DNA of 64,000 nucleotides from Thermoanaerobaculia bacterium (GCA_036389275.1 DASVQE010000106.1:10178-74177), one strand, 5' to 3'. Shown: positions 28,878 to 38,304, counted from the first letter of the stretch. Notes: a model not told the origin generated them from the sequence alone. Made by a program: numbers and translations.

Positions 28878-29369
28878 CTATGGAGCGGCCAGGGCGGTGA
28901 GCGCGTCGCCGGTGACGCGGAAGATCGTCCACTCGTCGACGCTGCGCGCGCCGACGGAGCGATAGAAGCGGATGGCCGGCTCGTTCCAGTCGAGCACCGC
29001 CCATTCGAGGCGTCCGCAGCGGCGCTCGACGGCGAGCTGCGCGAGGTGGCGCAGCAGCGCGCGTCCGTATCCGCGGCCGCGCAGCTCGGGACGGACGTAG
29101 AGGTCTTCGAGGTAAATCCCGGGGCGGCCGAGGAACGTTGAGTAGTTGTGAAAGAAAAGGGCGAAGCCGGCGGGCTCGGAGTCTTCCTCGGCGATCACTA
29201 CCTCGGCGTACGGCGCGTCGCCGAACAGCGTCTCGGTCAGCGACTCGGTCGTGGCGACGACCTCGTGCGCGAGACGCTCGTAGTCGGCGAGCTCGCGGAT
29301 GAAGCGGAGGATCAGCGGGACATCGCCGGAAGTCGCGGCGCGGATGCGGAGCTGCGGCATGGCCGGCAT
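28878..29369 (-). CDS. GNAT family N-acetyltransferase
   Basis: Acetyl-CoA-binding pattern (RGRGYGRALL) and GNAT fold in C-terminal 164 aa of ORF 28878..29819; upstream Arg-rich extension judged non-coding, start at internal ATG. Confidence 0.75.
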   Translation of the reverse strand: MPAMPQLRIRAATSGDVPLILRFIRELADYERLAHEVVATTESLTETLFGDAPYAEVVIAEEDSEPAGFALFFHNYSTFLGRPGIYLEDLYVRPELRGRGYGRALLRHLAQLAVERRCGRLEWAVLDWNEPAIRFYRSVGARSVDEWTIFRVTGDALTALAAP

Positions 29370-29423
29370 CGTAACTCGGCGCCGCAACTCCGCTACAATC
29401 GCGGGCGGTCCGTTCCCAACGCG

Positions 29424-32204
29424 ATGAAAACGAAGCCTCTGGTGATCCTCTGCTGGATTCAGGTCGCCGTGGCGTCGCTGCTGGTGCTGCTCAACTTCCA
29501 CAACATGGTCACGCGCCCGGCGCTCGGCCTGTCGTGGGCGCCGGACGGACGGGTGCGAAGCGTGGTGCCGGAGAGCCCGGCCGCGCGCGCCGGAATCGTC
29601 ACCGGCGATCGTCTGCTGCGCGTCGGCGGACACGACATCGCGCCGGACGTGGTGCCGCTCTACTTTGCGAAAGCGGGCGAGCGCGTGACGGTGCAGCTCG
29701 CGCGCGGCGCGGTGGACGTGGTCACGGTGACGAACGAAACGTCGCGCCGCGAGGCGTTGCGCGCCGGCGGCGAGCGCGCGGTCGGCGCGATCAGCAACTA
29801 CCTCGCGTTTCCGCTGCACGTCTGGATGATGGGACTCGGCATCGCGCTACTCCTGCTGCGGCCGGGAAACAAGGATGCGCGTTTGTCGGCGCTGTCGTTC
29901 GTCTACTGGGCGGGCAGCTCGTTCATCTATCGCGCGCCGGGCATGGGCGCGGTGCTCGCGCGAATGCCCGACGGGCTGCACCTCGCGCTGCTGAGCGTCG
30001 ACGCGATTTTCGCGGCGGCGTTCTTTGCCGTCTGCGTGCAGTTCGCGCTCGTCTTTCCGAGCGATCGCACGCGCGGGCTGCGCGGCGAGTGGCAGCTCGT
30101 GCCGTGGATCGTGGCCACGCCGATTTTCATCGAGACGCTGGCGAACAATCTGCGGCGGCTGCATGGCGACGTCACGCCGGCGCCGCTGCCGTTCCGCGAT
30201 GCGTATTCGACGGTGGGCACGCTGCTGCTGGCCAGCTCGCTGGTAATTCTGGGCGTGCGCTTCGCGCGCATGCGCGACTCGAATGCGCGGCGGCGGCTGC
30301 AACTGATTTTTCTGGCGCTGCTGCCTGGCAGCGCGGCGTTCATCGCCGGCTATCTGGTGAACGTGCTCGACCTCGGCTACGCGTGGGACACGGCCGCGCA
30401 TCTGCTGCACACGCCGGCGACGATGCTGGGGTCGGGCATCTTCGCGTACGCGGTGGTGCGCCATCGCATCTTCAACATCCGCGTGCTGCTGCGGCGCAGC
30501 CTGCAGTACGCGCTGGCGCGGCGCACGCTGCTCGTGCTGATGTCGCTGCCGGTGATCGGCCTCGCCGCGTTTCTGTACGCGCACCGCCGCGACACGCTGG
30601 CGGCGCTGCTCACCGGAACGCCGGCGGTGTACGTGCTGGTGATCCTGCCGCTGGTGCTGGTGATCCGCTATCGCAAGCGGCTGCTCGAGTCGCTCGATCG
30701 TCGGTTCTTCCGCGAGCAGTACGATCAGCGGCGGCTGCTGCTGCACGTCGTGTCGATCGTGCGCGGCGGCTCGGACATGCTCACGCTCTCGCGCGCGGCG
30801 CTCGAGGAGATCGACAAGGCGCTCCATCCGAAGCACATCTCGCTCTGGCAGACGGACCTCGAGGGCGGCGAGATCCATCGCGGCTTCGCGCGCGGCGAAG
30901 GGATCTCCTCGGATGCGGCGGCGCTGAGCGCGTCGGGCACGCTGGCCACGCTGCTGTCGGCGGACGAGGAGCCGCTCGACGTGTACAGCCGTCACTCGCG
31001 CGCATTGCTGCAACGGCTGCCGGAGCAGGAGCGCGACTGGTTGCGTCAAACGGGCGCGCATTTGATCGTGCCGCTGCTGATCGAGAAGCGTCTCGCCGGA
31101 CTGATGCTCCTCGGCGAACGGAAATCGGAAGAGCCGTACAGCCGCGAGGATCGCGAGCTGCTGCGGATGCTCGGCGCGCAACTGGCCATGACTCTCGACT
31201 ACTCGCGGCTCAAGCAGTCGCCGTCGCTGGTGTGGGCGCCGTCGTCGGGCGTGCATCTGCATCTGAGCGACGTGGTGCAGCTCTGTCCGCGCTGCGGCCG
31301 CTGTTACGCGCCCGATGCGACGACGTGCGAGAACGACGCGCAGGCGCTCGTGCCGGAGTCGGGCGTGCCGCGGATGATCGAGGACAAGTATGTGATCACG
31401 CGGCTCCTCGGGCGCGGCGGCATGGGCTCGGTCTATCTGGCGACGCAGAAGCGGCTCAACCGGCCGGTGGCGATCAAGGTGCTGCTCGCACATCTGGTCG
31501 GCAGCTCGTCGATGCGCACGCGGTTCGAGCGCGAGGCGCGGATCGTGGCGCGGCTGCGGCATCCGGCCATCGTCACGGTGCACGACTTCGGCGTGCTGCC
31601 GTCGGGCCACGCGTATCTGGTGATGGAGTATCTCGACGGCGAGACGCTGCGGCGGACGATCGAGTCGGGTCCGCAATCGCTGCCGGCGGCGCTGCAGATT
31701 CTCGCGCCGGTCGGGCAGGCCATCGATGCGGCGCATCGTGCGGGCGTCGTGCATCGCGACTTGAAGCCGGAGAACATCATGATCGTGCGCGAGCAGCATT
31801 CGGCGCCGGCGCCGCGCGTGCTCGACTTCGGCCTGGCGAAGATGGCCGTGCCGCTCGGCGAGGATGAGGCGACGATGGTGCAGTCGGGCCACAGTGCCGG
31901 CGTGGTTGGGACGCTGATGTACATGGCGCCCGAGGTGCTGAGCGGCCATGTGGCGGACGCGCGCGCGGATCAGTACAGCCTGGCGCTGATCGCGTACGAG
32001 CTGCTGGCCGGCGAGCATCCGTTCGGCACCGCGACCGATCTCGCTTCGGTGGTGCGCGGCCACACGGAAACGCCGGTGATTCCGATCCGGGAGCGCGTCA
32101 ACGTGCCGCGGTCGGTGTCGGATGCCATCGGCCGCGCGCTGTCGAAGAAAGCGGAGGAGCGTTTCGCGACGGTGGCCGAATTCGTCGAGGCGCTCGGCGT
32201 CTGA
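29424..32204 (+). CDS. membrane-anchored Ser/Thr protein kinase with PDZ, multi-TM sensor, GAF-like and Zn-ribbon modules
   Basis: C-terminal Hanks kinase (LGRGGMGSVYLA...VAIKVL, HRDLKPENIM, DFGLAK, APE); upstream CPRCGRC ribbon; GAF-like block; >=8 TM helices; N-terminal PDZ-like segment (GIVTGDRLLRVGGHDI). Confidence 0.8.
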   Translation: MKTKPLVILCWIQVAVASLLVLLNFHNMVTRPALGLSWAPDGRVRSVVPESPAARAGIVTGDRLLRVGGHDIAPDVVPLYFAKAGERVTVQLARGAVDVVTVTNETSRREALRAGGERAVGAISNYLAFPLHVWMMGLGIALLLLRPGNKDARLSALSFVYWAGSSFIYRAPGMGAVLARMPDGLHLALLSVDAIFAAAFFAVCVQFALVFPSDRTRGLRGEWQLVPWIVATPIFIETLANNLRRLHGDVTPAPLPFRDAYSTVGTLLLASSLVILGVRFARMRDSNARRRLQLIFLALLPGSAAFIAGYLVNVLDLGYAWDTAAHLLHTPATMLGSGIFAYAVVRHRIFNIRVLLRRSLQYALARRTLLVLMSLPVIGLAAFLYAHRRDTLAALLTGTPAVYVLVILPLVLVIRYRKRLLESLDRRFFREQYDQRRLLLHVVSIVRGGSDMLTLSRAALEEIDKALHPKHISLWQTDLEGGEIHRGFARGEGISSDAAALSASGTLATLLSADEEPLDVYSRHSRALLQRLPEQERDWLRQTGAHLIVPLLIEKRLAGLMLLGERKSEEPYSREDRELLRMLGAQLAMTLDYSRLKQSPSLVWAPSSGVHLHLSDVVQLCPRCGRCYAPDATTCENDAQALVPESGVPRMIEDKYVITRLLGRGGMGSVYLATQKRLNRPVAIKVLLAHLVGSSSMRTRFEREARIVARLRHPAIVTVHDFGVLPSGHAYLVMEYLDGETLRRTIESGPQSLPAALQILAPVGQAIDAAHRAGVVHRDLKPENIMIVREQHSAPAPRVLDFGLAKMAVPLGEDEATMVQSGHSAGVVGTLMYMAPEVLSGHVADARADQYSLALIAYELLAGEHPFGTATDLASVVRGHTETPVIPIRERVNVPRSVSDAIGRALSKKAEERFATVAEFVEALGV

Positions 32205-32231
32205 AGAACGGCGCTGTGCGATGATCGCGAC

Positions 32232-32639
32232 ATGGCAAACTCAGAGCCTCTAGCCGGTATCGCGCTCTCCGCTTCGCTCACCGTGAACGATCTCGAGAAA
32301 AGCGTGGCGTGGTATCGCGACGTTCTCGGTTTCGGGATCGACCGGCAGCACGAGCGCGATGGGAAATTGATGGCCGTGTCACTCATGGCCGGGAACGTGC
32401 GCATCCTGCTCGCTCAGGACGACGGTGCAAAGGGATCGGACCGTGCGAAAGGCGCCGGCTTCTCGCTGATGATCACCACCCCGCAGAATATCGACGCGGT
32501 GGCGAATCGGATCAAAACCCACGGCGGAACGCTGGCCAGCGAACCTGCGGATATGCCGTGGGGTATGAGGATGTTTCGGGTGGTCGATCCGGATGGGTTC
32601 AAGCTGACGATTTCTTCGGAGGTTCGTCGGGAGGCGTGA
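32232..32639 (+). CDS. VOC (glyoxalase/bleomycin-resistance) family protein
   Basis: 135 aa with paired beta-alpha-beta-beta-beta modules (VNDLEKSVAWYRDVLGF ... FRVVDPDGFKL). Confidence 0.75.
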   Translation: MANSEPLAGIALSASLTVNDLEKSVAWYRDVLGFGIDRQHERDGKLMAVSLMAGNVRILLAQDDGAKGSDRAKGAGFSLMITTPQNIDAVANRIKTHGGTLASEPADMPWGMRMFRVVDPDGFKLTISSEVRREA

Positions 32640-32713
32640 GGGCGGCCATTCCTGCGGCGGGATAAACTACTGCCACGAAAACCGCGAAGGAGCAGGTTCA
32701 GGAGATTCTCGGA

Positions 32714-32863
32714 ATGCTCCCGGAGGACGCCTCGCTCGAGGACATCCAGTACCACATCTACGTCCGCCAGAAAATCGAGCAAGGGGTGGCGGATGCAGAG
32801 GCGGGACGCGTGCTGACGCACGCGGAAGTGCAGCAACGACTGGCTAAATGGCTTACCAAGTAG
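32714..32863 (+). CDS. small antitoxin-like addiction-module component
   Basis: 49-aa ORF MLPEDASLEDIQYHIYVRQKIEQGVADAEAGRVLTHAEVQQRLAKW; conserved-looking frame continues 16 codons upstream to an in-frame TAA at 32663-32665, so possibly N-terminally truncated; followed by ParE-like remnant. Confidence 0.45.
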   Translation: MLPEDASLEDIQYHIYVRQKIEQGVADAEAGRVLTHAEVQQRLAKWLTK

Positions 32864-33080
32864 ACTGGACGGAATCGGCTTTCACCAGTCTGGTCGCAAT
32901 CGAGTACATCGCGCGGGACTCTCCCAGTTATGCGGCGTCCCGGAGTTCAACGACCCCGCGGTACGTGAGATCGCCGTCGGTAGTCATCGTCTGATCTATC
33001 GCGTCGCACAGGACAGAGTGCTCCTGCTTGCGTTCGTTTATCGAGCCCGAGATCTCGCGAACCTGCTCGAAGACGGGCGA
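32848..33080 (+). pseudogene. frameshifted/internally deleted ParE/RelE-family toxin remnant
   Basis: ATG at 32848 overlapping antitoxin end gives ParE-like N-terminus MAYQVDWTESAFTSLVAIEYIARDSPSYAA, stops at 32994; C-terminal ParE-like block (PEFNDPAVREIAVGSHRLIYRVAQDRVLLLAFVYRARDL) lies in different frame to 33080; total span not a multiple of 3. Confidence 0.4.
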
Positions 33081-33102
33081 TCGTCTTAAGCGGCACCACT
33101 CC

Positions 33103-33882
33103 CTACGGCACGATCATCACCGGCACCGGTGCGTGCCGGATGATGTCGAGCTTGCGTTCGCTCGGGTCGCGGTGGGCGTTGAGGAAGATGGCGTCGGCTT
33201 CGGCGGCGGTGGCGTAGCGGACGATTTCTTTTTCGGCGTCGCTGCCGCGCACGATTTTCGTCGTTGCGCCGGGGATGGTGGCGGCTAACGCGCGCAGGTG
33301 TTGCTCGGCGCGGGATTGGTTGGCTTCGTCGCAGACCGTTAGCAGATGCACCTCGGCGCCGAGGCGGGCGGCGAGGTCAAGGGCGGCGCGGCCGTGCTGT
33401 TCGGGATGGGCGGGCACGACCACGCGCTGGAGCGCCTCGCGGCGGCGGATGCCGTAGCGGATGGCGAGCACCGGCGCGGGCGGCTCGATGAGGACCGAGA
33501 GGGTGGTCGAGCCGACGAAGAGGTGCGCCACGTGATGGCGTGCGTGCGTGGCGATCACGATCAGGTCGGCGCCTTCCTCTTTCGCGGTGCGGCAGATCTC
33601 GTCGCCGGCGCTCGGCGCCTGGCGCACGATGAGGCGCGTGTTCAGCGATGCATTGGCGTTGCGCACGCGCGCGCGCAGCCGCTCGAGCTCCTGCTGTTCC
33701 GCATATTCGTAGAGCGCCGGATCCGCGGGAAAGCGCAGCTCGCCGGGATGCGAGGCCCAGGTCATGCGCACGTGGAGGATGACCAGCTCGGCGCCGCTGC
33801 CGCCGGCGATGCGCACGGCATCATCGAAGACCCACTCGGAGGCGGTCGAGAAGTCGGTCGGAATCAGGATCCGCTGAAACAT
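33103..33882 (-). CDS. universal stress protein (tandem UspA domains)
   Basis: Two USP-like halves each beginning with ILIPTDFS / VVVPAHP-type motifs and G-x2-G-x9-G-S ATP-binding-like patterns. Confidence 0.8.
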   Translation of the reverse strand: MFQRILIPTDFSTASEWVFDDAVRIAGGSGAELVILHVRMTWASHPGELRFPADPALYEYAEQQELERLRARVRNANASLNTRLIVRQAPSAGDEICRTAKEEGADLIVIATHARHHVAHLFVGSTTLSVLIEPPAPVLAIRYGIRRREALQRVVVPAHPEQHGRAALDLAARLGAEVHLLTVCDEANQSRAEQHLRALAATIPGATTKIVRGSDAEKEIVRYATAAEADAIFLNAHRDPSERKLDIIRHAPVPVMIVP

Positions 33883-33903
33883 GCGCTGCCTGCTGCAGCA
33901 ACT

Positions 33904-34548
33904 CTAGCGCGCTACGGGCGTGGCCGGTGCAGGATTTGCGGCCGTCGCGGCCGGCGCGGCCGTCGTCACCGGCGCGCCCGCCGGAGGCGGCGGCGTGACG
34001 ATGTAGCGGATGACCGTGCTCGGCTCCGCTTCCGTCTCCGCGATCTGCAGCGTCACCTGTTGCCCGTGCGGGTCGAGCGCCTCACCGGGGATGAAGGGGT
34101 CCTGCATGGCCTGGTTGAGCTGCACTTCCAGCGTGCGCCAGTTCTGCTGCTCCGGCGGATAGGTGTCCTGCGCCGGGAAGGCGCGGAACTGGGCCAGGTA
34201 CGTGGTGTAGTAGTGATAGACCTGCGGGAACGAGTCGTCGGTGGCGAGGGTGTAGACCTTCGCGCCGGCGCCGTACTTGTTGCGGATCATCACCTCGTCG
34301 CGGCCGGTGAGGTCACTGCGGAATGCCGCACCTTCATAAATCGGGATGGCCGGATTGATGGAGGTGAGGAGTTGCGTCGCGTCGACCTGCTGCCCGGCCG
34401 CCTGCGCCGCCGGGGCTTCTTTCGACGGCCGCTGCTCCTCGGCCGCACTCGACTCCGTCCCGCCCGTGCAGGCGGTGGTCACGAGGGCAGCGAAGAGGAT
34501 CGCCGCGGCGGCTCCGGTGCGAGTCGTCATCAGCGTCCGATACAGCAA
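33904..34548 (-). CDS. lipoprotein, hypothetical
   Basis: Signal peptide with lipobox-like LVTTAC; low-complexity Ala/Pro-rich linker; no catalytic motif. Confidence 0.5.
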   Translation of the reverse strand: MLYRTLMTTRTGAAAAILFAALVTTACTGGTESSAAEEQRPSKEAPAAQAAGQQVDATQLLTSINPAIPIYEGAAFRSDLTGRDEVMIRNKYGAGAKVYTLATDDSFPQVYHYYTTYLAQFRAFPAQDTYPPEQQNWRTLEVQLNQAMQDPFIPGEALDPHGQQVTLQIAETEAEPSTVIRYIVTPPPPAGAPVTTAAPAATAANPAPATPVAR

Positions 34549-34559
34549 TCGATATGCCT

Positions 34560-35063
34560 TCAGTTGTTTTCCGCGTGCGTGACCACGACGCGGCGCCGCT
34601 TGGCGTTGCTCCGGAGGCGCTCGAGCGCGGTCTGGCCGCCGTAGCGGGCCACCAGCTTCTCATCGTAGAGGTCGGAGATGCTGGCCACGCTGTCGAGCGA
34701 GGCGATCAGTTGCTCGGGCCGCAGGCGGCGGCCGAGGAACGAGTGCGAGTAGTAGATGTCACCTTCGACCATGCTGAAGGCGCCGAGCGGCACTTCGGCG
34801 TTGAGGCGCAGCAGCTCCTGCATCAGCTCGAACGACGTTTCGACGCCTTGCACGCAGAAGGCGAGGATCTCGATGACCGCGTCGTCTTCCTCGTACGCGT
34901 CGATGGAGATCTCCAGCACCGTGGAGCCATATTTCAGATAGAAGTCGCAATGGTCGGCGTCATCGAAGTGCTCGTCGACCAGTTCGTCGAGGTACGACTT
35001 CACCTGACGATAGACTTCCTCCTGGCAGTGGCTGTGGAACTCCCGCTTGCGTACCGGTGACAT
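34560..35063 (-). CDS. YbjN-like putative sensory transduction regulator
   Basis: C-terminal 167 aa of long spurious ORF 34560..36164; pattern resembles YbjN (PF10722-like); start ATG 35061-35063. Confidence 0.55.
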   Translation of the reverse strand: MSPVRKREFHSHCQEEVYRQVKSYLDELVDEHFDDADHCDFYLKYGSTVLEISIDAYEEDDAVIEILAFCVQGVETSFELMQELLRLNAEVPLGAFSMVEGDIYYSHSFLGRRLRPEQLIASLDSVASISDLYDEKLVARYGGQTALERLRSNAKRRRVVVTHAENN

Positions 35064-35081
35064 TGGAGGCGGATTATAGCG

Positions 35082-36227
35082 ATGAACAGGATGCTCACGC
35101 TGAAACGTGGCAAGGAGCGGATGGCGGCGCACCGGCACCCGTGGATTTTCGCCGGCGCGATTCACGCCGAGCGCGGTCCGGAAGAGGCGCCGTTCGGCGA
35201 GCTGCTCGATGCGGACGGCACGCGCATCGCCTCCGGGTTCTACTCGAAGCCGTCGCAGATCCGGCTGCGCGCGCTGACGTTCGGCAGCGAGCCGGTGACG
35301 GAGGAGCTGATCGCCGAGCGATTGCGCGCCGCGATCCGCCGCCGCGCGCCGATCTTCGACGACGATACGAACGCCGCGCGGGTCGTGCACGCCGAAGGCG
35401 ACGAGTTGAGCAGCATCGTGGTCGATCGCTACAACGATCTGGCCGTCGTGGAGATCTCCAATCGCGGCGCCGAGCAGCTCAAGCCGCTCATCACCGAAGT
35501 GCTGCAGCAGGAGCTCGCGCCGCGGGCGATCTTCTTCAAGAACGATCTGCCGGCGCGCAAGCTGGAAGGCCTGCCGACGGCCGAGGAGCCGGTCGAAGGG
35601 ACGATCATCCGCGAGTCGGGGCTGCAGTTCCGCGTGAATCCATCGGAAGGGCAGAAGACCGGCTTCTTTCTCGATCAGCGCGAGAACCGGCGCCTCACGC
35701 GCACACTCGGCGCAGGCAAACGCGTGCTGAATCTCTTCTCGTACAGCGGCGCGTTCGGCGTCTATGCCGCGGCCGGCGGCGCAACCAGCGTCACCAACGT
35801 CGACGTCTCCGACAAAGCGATCGCGCTGGCGCGCGAGAACCACGCGCTCAACGATTCGGCGGCGGAGTTTCTCGTGGCGGACGCGTTTCAGTACGTGCGG
35901 CAGACGCGCGAGCGCTTCGAGCTTTTGATCTGCGATCCGCCGGCGTTCGCGAAGAGCCGCGGCGACGTCGATCGCGCGGCGCGCGGCTACAAGGACATCA
36001 ACCTGCACGCCATGCGCATGGTCGAAGCGGGCGGACATCTGATGACGTTCTCCTGCTCCGGCCACATGTCGCTCGACCTCTTCCAGAAGGTGATCTTCGC
36101 CGCCGCCCTCGATGCGGGACGGCGCGTGTCGTTCGTGCGGCGCCTCACCGCCGGACCCGATCACCCGGTGTCGATCTACTGTCCCGAAGGGGAGTATTTG
36201 AAGGGGTTTCTACTGGAAGTGCGCTAG
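35082..36227 (+). CDS. rlmI: 23S rRNA m5C1962 methyltransferase RlmI (class I SAM-dependent, PUA-like N-terminus)
   Basis: N-terminus MNRMLTLKRGKERMAAHRHPWIFAGAI typical of RlmI; SAM-binding VLNLFSYSGAFGV and catalytic DPPAFAKS. Confidence 0.85.
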   Translation: MNRMLTLKRGKERMAAHRHPWIFAGAIHAERGPEEAPFGELLDADGTRIASGFYSKPSQIRLRALTFGSEPVTEELIAERLRAAIRRRAPIFDDDTNAARVVHAEGDELSSIVVDRYNDLAVVEISNRGAEQLKPLITEVLQQELAPRAIFFKNDLPARKLEGLPTAEEPVEGTIIRESGLQFRVNPSEGQKTGFFLDQRENRRLTRTLGAGKRVLNLFSYSGAFGVYAAAGGATSVTNVDVSDKAIALARENHALNDSAAEFLVADAFQYVRQTRERFELLICDPPAFAKSRGDVDRAARGYKDINLHAMRMVEAGGHLMTFSCSGHMSLDLFQKVIFAAALDAGRRVSFVRRLTAGPDHPVSIYCPEGEYLKGFLLEVR

Positions 36228-36848
36228 CACGCGGCGGGCGGCATCGGCGGTCGGCGTCCAGCGCAGCCGCAACGCGCGCAGTTTCGCGAGCGCCTCGATG
36301 ATCGGCATCACCGCGCGCCACAAGGCGGGATGCGGCGGCACGACGGCGACGGCGACGAGCGCGCGCATGGCCTCGCGCGCATTGAGAGGCTCGAGCGCGA
36401 CGTCGTCGCCGCGCCCGAGCTCGACGAGCGCGTGCAGCGGAAAGGAGCCCGCCGTCGCCGCGCGCGATTCGAGCTCGCCCCAGAAGCCGCTGGCGCGCGC
36501 GACGAACGCGTCGCCGCGCCGCTCGATGGCGATCAACTCGTCCGACAGCAGCGGCGCGTCGACGAGTGAGGCGAAGGTGCTTTTGCCGGCGCCGGAGCGG
36601 CCGTAGAAGGCGACGGCGCGCCCGCCGATCACGACGCCGGCGCTGTGCAGCAGCAGTCCGCCTGCGAGCGGAAGAAAGCAGGACAGGGCCGTGCGCTCGA
36701 CGATGGCGTCGGCGAACGGACGATCGTCGTCGGAGCAGTCGACGGAGATCGCGCGCGTGAATGGATCGATCGAGGCGTCGAAGCGGGCGTGCTGCACGAC
36801 GACGCGGTCGCCGTCGACGCGGATCTGCGCCGGCTCGCCGTCGTTCAT
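36210..36848 (-). CDS. HprK-related kinase (HPr kinase C-terminal-domain-like P-loop protein) of RiPP-like operon
   Basis: GRSGAGKSTFASL Walker-A in HprK-like context; start (ATGA) coupled to stop of upstream radical SAM gene; ORF track places start at 37100 inside rSAM gene, judged too far upstream. Confidence 0.6.
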   Translation of the reverse strand: MNDGEPAQIRVDGDRVVVQHARFDASIDPFTRAISVDCSDDDRPFADAIVERTALSCFLPLAGGLLLHSAGVVIGGRAVAFYGRSGAGKSTFASLVDAPLLSDELIAIERRGDAFVARASGFWGELESRAATAGSFPLHALVELGRGDDVALEPLNAREAMRALVAVAVVPPHPALWRAVMPIIEALAKLRALRLRWTPTADAARRVLAHFQ

Positions 36849-37849
36849 CCGCGCAGCTCCGCCGCGAGCGTGGCGCGGGCGACGAAGCCGGCGTCGGGCA
36901 GGAGCGGATCGCCGGTCTCCTGCATGGCCAGGGCCGGGCAGTAGGGGAACTGCGCGAGCGGACCGCCGGTGGCGACGAAGTGATCGTTGACGGCGGTCGA
37001 CATCGCGGCCGCTTCGGCGCGGACCTCCGAGGTGTGCCACAGCTCGCGCAGCGGCCGCTCGCGCACGTTGCCGAGGGCGCGATGGCGCCATTGCATGCAC
37101 GGAAAAACGTTGCCTTCGGGATCGATGGCCAGCGTGATGCGGCCGAGGCCGCAGTTCGCGCCGCCGGAGACGCGCTCCATCGGTTCGACGCCGCCGATGA
37201 GAAGCGCGCGGCGCACGGCCTCGCGCGACGGCGCGTAGGTGAGCGGCGAGAGGTCGCCGTCGTCGCGCGGCGTGAGATGGGGATCGATCTGCAGCGGCAG
37301 CTCGCGCGCCGCGGCGAGTGCGACGACGTCATCGAACTGCGTTTCGTTGAGGCGCGTGAGCGGCATCTTCAGCACCACCGGAACCTGGCGCGCGCGGAGC
37401 CGTGCGACGCCGGCGAGCATGGCCTCGAATGATCCCCGGCGCGCCGTCGCCGCCTCATGCACCTCGGCCGTCGCCCCGTGGATGCTCACTTCGACGGCGA
37501 GCACGCGCAGCGCTGCGATGGTGTCGGCGGCGGCGTCGTCGACGAGCGTGGCGTTCGTGAAGATGCGCAGCGCGAAGGCCTGCTCGCGCGCCGCGGCGGC
37601 GATGCGGAAAAACTCCGGATGGGCGAGCGGCTCGCCGCCGGTGAGGACGACGTTGAGCGTGCCGAGCGCGCGCAGCTCGCCGAGGACGGCGATCCACTCG
37701 TCGCCGCAAAGCGCGGCGCGGTCGAAGTGGCGCGGGTTGTAGCAGAAGACGCAGCGCCAGTTGCAGCGATACGTCAGCTCGAGCTGCACGTTCAGCGGCT
37801 GCGCCGCGGCGAGCGCTTTCTGTTTGAGGCGGACGAAGGGATCGCTCAT
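36845..37849 (-). CDS. radical SAM / SPASM-domain peptide-modifying enzyme
   Basis: CNWRCVFC (Cx3Cx2C cluster motif), glycine-rich VLTGGEPL SAM motif, C-terminal SPASM-like CGLGRITLAIDPEGNVFPC ... YCPA; coupled to PqqD-like gene upstream. Confidence 0.8.
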   Translation of the reverse strand: MSDPFVRLKQKALAAAQPLNVQLELTYRCNWRCVFCYNPRHFDRAALCGDEWIAVLGELRALGTLNVVLTGGEPLAHPEFFRIAAAAREQAFALRIFTNATLVDDAAADTIAALRVLAVEVSIHGATAEVHEAATARRGSFEAMLAGVARLRARQVPVVLKMPLTRLNETQFDDVVALAAARELPLQIDPHLTPRDDGDLSPLTYAPSREAVRRALLIGGVEPMERVSGGANCGLGRITLAIDPEGNVFPCMQWRHRALGNVRERPLRELWHTSEVRAEAAAMSTAVNDHFVATGGPLAQFPYCPALAMQETGDPLLPDAGFVARATLAAELRG

Positions 37850-38097
37850 GACTCGGTGAGCAGCCGGCGCTCGCGCAGGAGCGAGAGAAACTCGCGCACG
37901 TCGCGCGAGGCCGATTCCTGGTCGACGTCGAACTTTGCGGCGAGCGCGGCGGCGAGCTCGTGCTCGTCGCGGCCGTCGAGCTGCGTCCAGAGGTACGTGC
38001 CGGTTGGATTGAGACCAATGGTTTTGCCGCTGGCGAGATCGACGATGATCGCCTCACCGTCGACGACCTGCCAGGCGATCTCTTTGGCGACGTGCAT
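37846..38097 (-). CDS. PqqD-family RiPP recognition element (peptide chaperone)
   Basis: IAWQVVDGEAIIVDLASGKTIGLNPTGTYLWTQLDGRDEHELAAALAAKFDV...VREFLSLLRERRLL fits PqqD pattern; start at internal ATG (MHVAKE). Confidence 0.65.
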   Translation of the reverse strand: MHVAKEIAWQVVDGEAIIVDLASGKTIGLNPTGTYLWTQLDGRDEHELAAALAAKFDVDQESASRDVREFLSLLRERRLLTES

Positions 38098-38119
38098 CTT
38101 CACCGCTCGATCCGCCGCG

Positions 38120-38290
38120 TCAACTCGTCGGCGCCGCGTTGCAGATGCCGGCGCGGCCGGCGGTCTTGCCGCAGGCGACCGCAAGCGTCTTGCGCACGTC
38201 GAGCTCCTCTTCCCAGAGGATGGACGGCTTCTCGTATTCGGCTCGCGTCACGTCGCCCGCTGGTGCGGGTTTGTTGTCCTGCTCCGCCAT
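38120..38290 (-). CDS. candidate RiPP precursor peptide (56 aa)
   Basis: MAEQDNKPAPAGDVTRAEYEKPSILWEEELDVRKTLAVACGKTAGRAGICNAAPTS; AGGAA Shine-Dalgarno 5 nt upstream; first gene of operon directly 5' of PqqD/rSAM/kinase; Cys-containing C-terminal core ending in Ser. Confidence 0.45.
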   Translation of the reverse strand: MAEQDNKPAPAGDVTRAEYEKPSILWEEELDVRKTLAVACGKTAGRAGICNAAPTS

Positions 38291-38304
38291 GATTCCTGCC
38301 TCGC

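Noticed and set aside
29847-32063. 738-aa minus-strand ORF antisense to the Ser/Thr kinase
   Set aside because: Arg/His/Gln-rich low-complexity; antisense artefact.
34560-36164. 534-aa minus ORF across the rlmI locus
   Set aside because: Only its last 167 codons (YbjN-like, 34560-35063) look genuine; remainder is antisense to rlmI and lacks an upstream start context.
36145-37332. 395-aa minus ORF (and other Arg-rich ORFs) overlapping the HprK-like and radical SAM genes
   Set aside because: Different frame from the motif-bearing proteins; composition SRRRR-like; spurious.
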